DNA of 64,000 nucleotides from Lingula anatina (taxonomy: Eukaryota > Animalia > Brachiopoda): contig CM120643.1 in the NCBI GenBank assembly GCA_051362555.1, positions 19,534,848 through 19,598,847 of the forward strand, given 5' to 3'. The position numbers and the translations under genes were made by a program. Below the pieces are notes generated by a model that had not been told where the DNA came from, did not search any database, and saw only the letters and a program-made list of their open reading frames with translations. Below are positions 13,301 through 25,200 of this stretch, piece by piece. Each line of letters opens with the position of its first letter. The stretch's first letter is position 1.

Positions 13301-15943
13301 AGGGCTGCTTGTAGGGTTCTGCAAGGAGTGTTTCTCTTGCAACTTGATTTTCTGAAAGTAATATTTGAGCATTTGCCGTAAAAAACTGTTTCTTCCAATA
13401 CTATACTCCTCCCTGACACTACCCATCCATGTGGGACACACGCACGCACACACGCACGCACTCATACACACACTTTTTGACCTCAAACCAGAATGTGCCT
13501 TCTAAACTTCTGAAATTCGGCCACTTTTAAGGTCTCAGTGGCACTCCAACTACTATACATTCCCAGGCTTATCATTCCTAGTGTTGTTCCTGTAGATTAC
13601 AATAAATTTAAAAGGACATTCTGCATCCGATGATGATTCTTTATGAATTTAAGGAGGTCCTCTCATATTAGCATTTTTTGCGATCTGCGCAGATTTCGCG
13701 CATAAGTAGTTTTTTGCGATAGCGGCTAATTATGAAAATATAACACGCAATAAAATACAAAATTCATCCTTTTAAGAAATCTGTATGAAATATTTGATGT
13801 TATTTTGGTCGAATCGCTACGAATATGTCAACAATGCGTTGCGTATCAGTGAACGCTTGGTCTTTTACGACGTAAAGTACCCACTTGCGACTTTGTTTAC
13901 AAATGCCGCAATGTAAGAAATTACGTGAAGACGGGATGGAAAAGAGCGTTTTAGTAAGGCTTGTATAGCAGTGACAAGATCTTATCTCACGGAAAGTAGT
14001 CACAATGGTTTGAATTTTGACCACAAAGTGTATTGTGGTGATTTGTCACATGGTTACGATGTGTGCAACAAGACATTGTCTTCTTCAGCATTGGTTTCCG
14101 ATCACCCAGGGCCAAGTTACCGTGATTTGTATGCTGAAAACAATTCTCTTCTTTCACAATAAGTTAAAATAATTAGACGCATGGCGTTTTGTTGTTGATT
14201 TAAGTATGTTGTTGAACAATATGACCTGCAAACAGTGCGATTTTCAGCTCTCCAGGAAAGATGCAACAGGTGTGCACCCGCCTGGCGTGCTGCGACGTCA
14301 TTCTTGTAATGGTTTTGTTAAAGTGCAAATGGACAAAACCATAAAACACACAACAGAGGACCAAGGGTTTTTATGCAGATACATGTAATACTTTTTTGAT
14401 GCTAGGAAAATAAACAGTATATTTTAGAAGATAAAGTGTACTTTATTCCAACTTTATCCTAATTTACCCAATCATAAACAAGAGATCTAGCTGATCGACT
14501 TTAGTTTGTAAATTTATTACTTCACAGAAATTATTCCGCCCATAATGCATTAGAAGATAGTCTTGAGTTACAAAACTTAGTTAATTTTTGCAATGATGAA
14601 AGTGAAGAAAATCCTTTTTTTCTGATTTTTTTTATTTTATCCCAGTCAACTGACTCAATCCTGTGTGAAACCTTTACCAAATTCTGTAGAAAACCTTGTT
14701 TGTAAAAAAATAATTTCTCCATGTGTAGGAAAAAAGATAAAGGTGTCGGAGTTAACATATCAGAATTAGTAATTGCTCTTCAAAGAGAAAGTCTAGATGG
14801 TCTTTATTTTCTTCTCAGTGAAATCAATCCAAACACAAAAAAACCACGAGTAACAAAATGCATGAAAGTAATAAAAAATTGTATGATTTTTTAAATTTTA
14901 AAATTAATATGCATATTTATATGCTATTGATATGTATTTGATTGCATGTTGTAAACATAATATGAAACAGAAATAAACTGATAATCAAAGATGTCTGTAG
15001 ATGAATATTTTTGTCACCATCTTCAATATGTACTGTATAGAGAAGAAATATGACTAACTTACCATAGTAAGAAATTGATACATTGTTAATATACAAATGA
15101 AACAATTTATCCAGTTATCTCACCATAAAGTGCATATTTTAGTGCTGAGTAAGAAAAATAAAGAAACAAAAGAAATAAAAATAAAAAGGAATAAGAAAAT
15201 AAGTCACATGAGATTGATATAATATGCTTTTGGTCAATCTGCCTAGCCTATGAAAAATCCAATATGGCGGCATTCCATGAGGCATACTGAAATCCAACTG
15301 ATACTTTCAACATTTGATTATCTATTTATTATGAATGGGATATGCAAATTTAATGAAATTTGGTTAACTGATGCAGAGAAGTATAAATATAATTTTCATG
15401 GAAACATAATAAGTGTATGAGTTAAAAACCTAATGATACAAATATATTTATCTTAATTTGCTAGGACATTTCCATTGATTCCTATGTAAATTTGATAAAA
15501 AATCGATGTTCAAGCAGCCCTGGCTCAAAAACAAGCGTGGTGTGGTACATATTTTTTTGTAAATTTCTTTGAGGTCTACCAAGGTCTATAACATATCCAC
15601 ATAAAATTAAAATCGCTAGGGCAGAATTTTTTATTTTTGCATTTTTCAGCAAAATTAAGGGCATTTTGGCAAAATCCCCATATAACGCAATGTAATAAAC
15701 GTAGCGTTTTTCGGGACGCCACCTCTCGAAAACGAGCGTGGAGACCCCCAATTTTTTTTTCATATTTTTTACTCATATTGTAAGAAGATTTTGTCTTACA
15801 ATTTTAATCAAAATCGCTAGGGCAGAAATATGAAATCTGAAATATGAGAGGGCGTCCTTAAATGCATTGTTCATAATGACCTTATTATGGCCGTAATGAT
15901 ATGGACCAAACTTTATTGTGAAGCGTGGTTTTAAGTATTGGGA

Positions 15944-15982
<39 letters not shown>

Positions 15983-18580
15983 TCAACGTGTTACGACACC
16001 CCGCATACGGACATATTACAAGAGACCGCAAAAGCTCAGTAATGGCATTGTGTATTTGGATGTTTTGTATGAAATGCCACAAGGCAATTATTATAGAAGC
16101 CATAAAAATGTTTAAGCAGTATTTGTCTTCAACCAACAGCTAGCATTGTAATTGTTGTTTACCTTCAATATTTTGATGTTTATGTAGAGCATCTTCACCG
16201 GGTAAAGAGACTATCCAGCTGTACAGCCGCTAATAAGTAGATGAGCCCCCCCCCCCACCAAACACACACACAAACAAACTTAGAAATGTGAGATGTCAGT
16301 GGCTTAATTATAATGGATTACGTTTTAGTTGTTCAAATCTTTGGGTTGGGCCTATTTTATGTCTGTTTATTTTACTATATATGCATTCACTGTCTTTCAC
16401 TTCCATGTAGGGTCCACGGTGTGTTCTCTTTCCAGAACCAACACTCCAGCACATAAAGCAAGGCGTGACGAGGTCATGGCGTCATTAGATAACACAGGGA
16501 CCTATGAGTTGACCTCGCAAGAACTGACATTTGGCGCAAAAACTGCCTGGAGAAACGCCCCGCGCTGCATAGGCAGGATACAGTGGTCTAAGCTCCAGGT
16601 AAGTGCAACTTGGGACTCGTTCCCAATGGAACTATCGGTTTACGTAGATCGATCCAACGCTGTGGGGACTCTCGCTGAATGCCATTAGTTTATAACAGAT
16701 TAACACGCCTCCTCCACCTCCTGGCGTTGAGTAGAATACAGGAAACTGGTGATTATACTACAGTTTGGTTGTCTTGTACGTTGTGCGGTACACAGACGTC
16801 AAAGCGCCTACTGGTAGCTCAAAATATTAACGTGGACCGTATTATTCTTACCGCTAGTTCAATGTAGCTCTTAACGAAGCACGCAAATGTCAACGGATTT
16901 CAGTAATTTAGCGCGCAATGGATGGATAGATTTGATTGAAATATCTTTGGAATAACATAATAACGTTTTTATTTACAAGCCATAATTAGGTAAGATAATC
17001 AGATCATTGATTTTTGTTCATAATTGGTTCGATTTAAGTGCATAATCCGTGTGTGATTTTGTATGATTTGGATTTCGTGCAGCCCAAGGCTACAAAAATG
17101 TCATGATTGATATCATTTCAAAAATAGAATATGGGCGGATTATGCCACTCATTTCTCTATGGATTGTGACAAATTTAGTTATCCTTCGTGTAACTGATCT
17201 CTGTTTTAATAAAAAGAATGCAATATTTTCTCCGATTTCTCTTAATGTGCTTATCATAGGTATCATCTACGTTGTCCGAACATGGAATTTTTGTTGTTAT
17301 TGCCCAAATCTATTTTGTAAATTTGTTTACTCTTGTTAAGTTGATTCTTCGACTAGATTATCCCTCGTTAATTGAATCAAATTTAGGCATGTCACTCTTT
17401 ATCAGAAACAAATATTTCCCAAGCGCTAATTCTTGGACAATGAAGGAAGCGCACAGAAGCTTGTATTTTGTGAAACTGCATACCATAGAGCATTTGGCCT
17501 AGAGAATCACGGGGTACGATGTTAAGATTTAGGACCTACATGTTCTAGAACGCTTGCACTGATGGAATGAAAAATAATTTCGCAAATTATCTAAGTACCC
17601 AGTAGTGCAACTGGGCACTAACTACGAAACCACAAAAGGCTAAGCGACAGACGCAGTTTTCAGCAATCACTGGCAAGAAACTTGTGGTCAAATAATACAG
17701 GCCATCATGCAATTTAGACTTTTGTGGTTTCGTATAGTTAGTGCCCAGTGCCAGGGTTTCATGAGTGGCATACAGAAATATTTACAGAGTTATTTTATTT
17801 TCCTTGAACGGAATCGTGGATTTCAAAACAAGCGACAACCAACTGAAGCGTATACATTAAAGACAAACCACTCAGTTCAAATACAAAGTCTTATTTAATA
17901 AAACAACAAAAACAAAATGCAGTTTCGCTGTACCTTGAAAACATGGTCTGATTGTAAGGCACATCAATTATAATATCAGTATAACTCCAGTCTTTTCACA
18001 TTTATCTGAATTTCAGAGCATACAGAAAACGCATTAAAAACAAACCTGACCAAATTTTAACAAATATCGTTGGTAGGTACCTAACGTTATGCTGGAACAT
18101 CCGTACATGCACTTATAATGCACTTCCAGGTGTTTGACGCCCGTCATGTGCGCACTACCACCGGAATGTACCAGTCTATATGCGATCACATACGATATGG
18201 GACAAATAACGGCGTGATACGGTGAGGAAAGTGGGCCAGTTACGGTACAGTATGTAGCAAAATGGGATTTTTCAAATAGTTACCTTATTATAAATGACGT
18301 ACTATAACCATTCACGCTTGGATAGAAGCCCTCCTGACTATCCTGCCCTCTAACACAGCTACGGAGAGAGTGGTTTCAGATTTTTGTGGCGTATTCTGTG
18401 CACATTTTGCACAAAAATGACGTCATCACCTAGTAGGCACCACGTAACGGGTATGACTATCTAATATATTGGGTTTACAAGTGCACGTTTTCCCAAGGTT
18501 TCCGCATGTACCGATTAGGCCACACTTTTTTTATTTTTATGGATGACATCCTGCGCGTGCACCGATTTTCGTCCGTTCTC

Positions 18581-18627
<47 letters not shown>

Positions 18628-21600
18628 AAGGAAGTCGGTTGTCGCAAACGTCGTTATTGAATTTGCCGGAAAATGCAATCGGCAATCCTCGGCTAATTCC
18701 GCAAGCTCCATACTGTCATTGTCGACTGCGGAGACATCCGAGTAGTTCCGAGTGCGGAAAATGAGCTTTCTGCGCATGCGTATTATCACCACGTGGAAAT
18801 ATGGCGGCTTTGCCGTCAAATTCATCTCTAGCATTAATTTCAAAATACACGACAATTAAAGTCATAAAGAGAACGGGGGCCGTCGTTTTGGATTGGTTTG
18901 CCATTGATGTTGGACATGAAGATATCACCCTTTTACAATTATACGAAAGGCTGGCCGCGCCCGGAAAATTTCAGTGACATTCTGTCCAAAGCAGCACATA
19001 CCAGGTTTTTTTTGTAGCGAAAAAAGGGTCGACAAGAGCGTCGTGGTATTTGGTGGACTGAAGGTCGGACAGGCCGCCCGATAGTTGGTTGCTACGTGTG
19101 AGTCGAAGTAGACAAAATGGCATCGACCGAAATTACTTTTTTAGCTTTGGTAGTAGGAAGCATAGGCCTATCTTTGCTTCATTTTTTAATAATTCTGTGA
19201 AGTGTTTACACTGCTTTAATTTTCTGAGAGTAGGCCTACAAATAAAGACACGCTGTTTATTTGATATTTGTTTTATTGATTGCTATACCAACAGAATGCA
19301 TGAAATAACCTTAAATAGATTTGGTAATATGCAGCATAGGCCCTATATATTCATGGCTTTTTACCTTTCTACGAAGTAGGCCCTATTCACAATGCTTTAA
19401 TATTTTGAGAGCATGGATAAAGACATGTTGTTAGTTTGATACGTGTTTCTGTGGTAATTTAGTGTTTCCAGCTGTGTACTGAAAACATAACATTTCTTAA
19501 GCATTTTTTTTTTTGGACCGTTTTTTTTTTTTTTTCGCCCGCTCGCACCGACTTTGGGGTCCCCAGAGGATGTCATCCATAAAAATAAAAAAGTGTGGCC
19601 TTACTTTTTTCTATGACAATATCGACACGAGTCGTCTTGATTTATTTGGAACAAAAGATACAATGTCATATGTTACAAGGTATATCCATGTTTTGGTAGT
19701 TTTACGTCGTACAATGATTTATTAAACAGTACGGACTGTAAGGCATACCACCCGTGCTGATTGTATTCTGCAATGCTAATCTAAGCTAACATTATCCTAG
19801 TTGTCCTACATAACATTAAACCATATTCTTCTTGCAGATCAGCAATAACGATCTTTCCCCCTCGTACAGACGGTTGCCATGACTTCCGTGTCTGGAACCC
19901 TCTTCTGATTGGTTATGCCTGTTACAAACAACCAGATGGCAGTGTTATCGGAGACCCGGCGAACGCAGCCATTACAGAGGTAAGACGAGAAATGGCACCT
20001 GTTGAAACGCTGCATTGTGCAAAGAAAAAGTTAAGTAGCCTATCGTGACGCAGTAAAACATTAAATCCGATGGCATTACATTAAGAACATACAGTGGTAT
20101 GTCTGTTTTATTTCAGATAAAGTTCAATACTGTAGAAGCAGCCAGATATGCTTGTGCCTTAAAAAGGCACAAATCACAGTTCTTTGCCAATCATTTATTT
20201 GGTGTGGAGGAACTGAAGCTTTCATATAAAATACTACATAATAAACCCCGATGAACTTATTTTCTTATCCTGTAGGTCTGTATGAAACTGGGATGGAAGG
20301 GGAAAGGGGGGCGTTTTGATGTCTTACCCTTGGTCCTGTCTGCTAATGGAGAAGATCCGGAATTGTTTGAAATCCCGGAAGACCTGATACTGCAGGTTAA
20401 GTTAACTCACCCAAAGTAAGTGTATTTCACGAATGTCTTTATTGGTATACAGTACCGTACAGTATTATAGCTTAAGAGGATATTGAAAATAATTGGATTT
20501 TTATGTCATTTTGAGTATACGAAAACCATATAGTTTCTATAAATATTTTTCATTTTACATTTATTGCAATTGTAAATAAGAATTCGCAATCCCGTGAAGG
20601 CCCTTTTATTATATTTATTCTGTAGCTTTGCTGCTTGTAAAACTTTTAACAAACAATGGTGTATGGTATCTGGCAAAGACAAAATGCGTTTGAATAGTAG
20701 TTCTGTAAAGTTATCTTTATTCAGCTGTGACTCTAAAGCATTTATATCTTTGCGCATTATGAAAAATCCAAACCTTTGACTCGACAAAGTTTTCTTTATT
20801 TATCTGTGACTGTCATTGCAGGCCCGTAGCTTGCAGTTTCAAGAGGGGGGTCTTTTTATGAAAAAAGTGGACCTTTTAACACGAAACCTTTGTGTACCTA
20901 TATATATCAATATTAACCCAGAGGGGACCTCAAACCCCCCCCCCCCGGCTACGGGCCCGCACGGTTTACTTATTCATGATACTCCTATATTCCTTAAGTT
21001 TCTTTCTATATATTCATAATCTAATTTTTTCAACAGACCTATCAGCACAACTTACCTTGTTAATTCCCAAACTACAACACTTAATTAGTAATTTCCGTTG
21101 CGTGCCGAGAATGACATTTTACCATTTGGTTTTCTTTTATTGATGGTGAAAGACGGTTAATAAACTCTAGTTTCAACCGCTCGTGTTCGGCATTTCGCAG
21201 ACATAATCTGTATCTTTTTAGTTTTTCCTTTCGAAAAAAATTAAGGCATTATGTACTTTTTCATATGAACATTTTTTACAGACTTTTTTTTATGTACCAC
21301 AGCATATGCCACTACTACTACTATTACTATTAACTTACATATCATGCAAGAGTTTGATTGGAAAGCAAGAGCCTGAAAGCAAAAGTTGAGGCCAAGAAAT
21401 GGTTTTCTTCCAATAAAGAGAGTCGAATCATATTCGAACAGCGACAAAACATTCCAATGGTTGAAGAAACAGAACAAATAATACAAATCAATATTTCAAA
21501 CAAGTGCTTAAACCAAGTACGAAGAAAAAAGCACGCAGGTCACGTTTCTAATTTTTTTCATTTTATTAGTCGACCCAGGAAAACATTATAACAGGATAAT

Positions 21601-22185
21601 TCTTTCGTCTGGCTAGTTGTCCTACCCACAAATCCACACCAAACTGATGTGAATACATAACGTATTTCATTTAAAATCATACAACAGATACCCTTGGTTT
21701 GCCGAGCTCGGGCTCCAGTGGTTTGCCCTCCCTGCGGTGGCCAGCCTCATGTTTGACTGTGGAGGGATAGAGTTCACGGCCTGCCCCTTCAACGGCTGGT
21801 ACATGGGCACAGAGATAGCCACACGTGACCTGTGTGACCAGTCCAGGTATAACATTATTAAGGTACGAACACGTGACTGTGTGACCAGTCCAGGTAGGCT
21901 ATAACATTATTAAGGTACGAACACGTGATCTGTGTGACCAGTCCAGGTATAACGTTATTAAGGTACGAACACGTGACCTGTGTGACCAGTCCAGGTATAA
22001 CATTATTAAGGTACGAACACGTGAGGTGTATGGTGGGTCTAAGTATAACATTTTTTAAAATTAAACAATTAAAAGTGTACAAACACGTGGCCTTTGTCAT
22101 CCCTTGTCATTGAAACCTGAGTTTGGTGACATTCATTTTCCATTACCCTCTGCTGTTTTGAAAACGGCAAAGAAATGCTACTTTG

Positions 22186-22257
<72 letters not shown>

Positions 22258-25200
22258 TTTTTATTATTATTATTTTGATAGTTTAATCTATTTTTCAGGA
22301 AGTAGCCGACAGAATGTGTCTTCACACCGGTACTCCTGTGACACTGTGGAAAGACCAGGCACTGGTCGAAGTGAACATCGCTGTACTTCATAGCTTTCAG
22401 GTCTGTGGGGATTTTACAATATCAGAAAAAAAAAAACGTAAACTTATCATTGGTTTTACCTGGAAAAAACATGCCGCTTGGGTAGATATAAATAATTATT
22501 AAATCAACCGTGTATTGAAAATGTTTAAGTGATAGCAAGGAACTTCCGTTTCCTAATCGCAGAGCTAGGTAGACTGGATAGCGTGAATTAATGAAACTTG
22601 ACGAATCAATAGTCCTAACGAACAGATTAAATCGGTCGGTTCACTGACAAATAACTGCGTGTACATACTCGTACGTCAAGTGCTTTTACTCGTTAGAATG
22701 CATGTGTATGCTACACCGTGCGTAAAGCGTGAGTCGGCAATCCATCCCCTAATCGGGGTCTAAACAGTGTCTATTGGGCAAAACTTAAAGGTAGATTTAA
22801 TCTGATGATGTTCTGAATGAGGCAAGTTTGCCACATCCCATCAGTGTCCTCTGTCGTGTCTTGTATGTCGTCATATTACTCTCGTCTCACGGAGATCGGT
22901 GTAGGAACAACCGCATAATTAATAAATGATAGTGCGTGACTTGACTCTGTTGTTGGTAAACAGCATACATCCGTGCGGCATTAGGCGTTTGGCCATTTTT
23001 GGCCTTGAGACAGACTTGGTGCAGACGTTCTCGCCTTTCTGGGGAGGAGATAGGTAAGCTGCCGTTTGAGGCCTTGAAAACTAGCAAACGAACAATATCT
23101 TTCACTGCCAGGCCAGATATTTAACCCCTGCTTCAACCCCCTAATTGCTGAGTGCCAAGCGGAGAGCCAGCAGGCACCGCCATTTATGGAGTGGTATGTC
23201 TCCGAACAGAGGCGGACACTCTGACCAGACCGTTGCATTTACTCTCTGCTCTGTCTTATGAAACAAAAAGCTTTTTGAATGTTCATTTTAAAGACTTGCT
23301 TCACGTTTTGGTTATTATAATTTGAAAGTTAATATAAACGCACAAAAATGATTTTAAGTAGGAAAACAACGACGATCGCCCCCAAGTAGTCTTCTATCAT
23401 TAAGAAATTCATCTTTATTGTTTTCGACAGTGAATTAATCAACTTAACGGTGCTCTGATCACGATCTTTCTCCGTTTCTCCAGGAGGCAGGCGTCACCAT
23501 CGTAGACCACCACACGGCCGCAGAGACGTTCATGCACCACATGAGGCGAGAAGTGGCGACCCGGGGGGGCTGCCCTGGGGATTGGGTGTGGATCGTACCC
23601 CCTATGAGCGGAAGTCTGACACCCGTGTTTCACCAGGAGATGGTGTGTTATAAACTTCGACCTTCATACGAATACCAGGTAATATATTGGCTGGCTTATC
23701 TGTGTTTTTTTTTTTTTTGTAATTAAAATGTTTGCGTAGGCCAATTTGTATGCCTCTTTAAGTCTAAGTGCACAGACCTTCGTACTACATGTAGTACATG
23801 TGTATGGTACCTGCACGGCAAGCAGTTCAATTTTGTCTTTGTCAGGGTGCGTGTTCATGCATTTGCGCCGACATTTGTTTTAAAACGCATGTGCAGGAAC
23901 AGGTATAAATACAGACGTGGGTTTAGGTGTTGCAACATGCGCGCTTTGTGAAAATATGTATAGTTGTTTAAGAGCATGTGCACTTTCGTCTGTTAATGGT
24001 CACGATGCAGAAGATGAGAAAATACAATATAAGCACTTAGTTAAAAAGATACAGCCTACGTAGCGATATGAACATTGAATAAATTGAGTGATTTTTACAC
24101 CCATAGGAGGCCCCGTGGATTACACACAAGTGGAAAAACCGACAGATAGCCCAAGTAGAGAGAAAATCGAAGGAGAAGAAGGAAAAGAAGAAAATTAGAT
24201 TTAGGGACATTGCCAGGTAAAATTTGCACTATGTTTCATTTAATGTTTTGTGCAGATTGGAGCTTGGATGTAATGAATCTGTCATAAATCAATAATTTCA
24301 ATGATATTTCAACATTTCTCCATTCTTTAGTTATTATAATGTAATTTGTTGGCGGGATTTCCTAAGATTAAGCAGTCCCCTCTAATTAAGTTACAGAATA
24401 GAATGTTTCTTACTGAGGGCCTGAAATATTTCAATTTCATATATAAACAATGAACATTTCTTCATGTCATTGTTAATATTTGGTGTAACGTTTGTTTCAC
24501 AACAAAGTTTAAACTGGTGCGTTTTTCTTCAGAGCTATTCGATTTACATCTAACATGATGACGACGGCGTTAACCCGACGCATCAAGTGCACAGTGCTGT
24601 TTGCCACGGAGACCGGCAAGTCAGAGATCTTTGCTCGCTCGCTTTCTGGTATTTTCAACAAGGCGTTTGACACAAGGGTAAGGGAGATATGACAGCAAGA
24701 AATACTTTGAAATACTTGTGGGTGTGCGCGGTAATGCGTATAGGTATGCCTTTCGAGTTTTGAAACTTTCCTTTTCGACAATCTAAGATTTTGATGAAAG
24801 AGCATTATTGTTTTTTGTTTGTTTTATATTTGTGGTTAAAGTAGTTCCCCATGTATTACTTCTTAGTTAAAATTATTTTCGTTCAAAGAGCAAATGTATT
24901 TAACAAAGAAAAGATAGGGTTATTGCTCTAGCGCTTGTAATTGGCCTTCATATTTGCAAACGCATTTTCAAAATAACCAGTGTCGCAATTCTGTGAAGAG
25001 ACCTGTTATAATTACTTCCCAGCTGGTCTGTATGGAGGACTACGACGTGGTGGAGCTGGAGCACGAAACACTGCTGCTGATAGTGACCAGTACCTTTGGT
25101 AGCGGAGACCCGCCTGACAACGGCAAGGTGCGTTTGACTTCCGATAGGTGGCAGCAGTAGATAGTAACGTCTAAAATCATGCTGGGCCACGCTTGGCACC

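Noticed and set aside
3383-22393. Poly-K, poly-F, poly-I and YI-repeat ORFs in the track
   Set aside because: Translations of poly-A/T, (ATT)n and (TA)n tracts in introns
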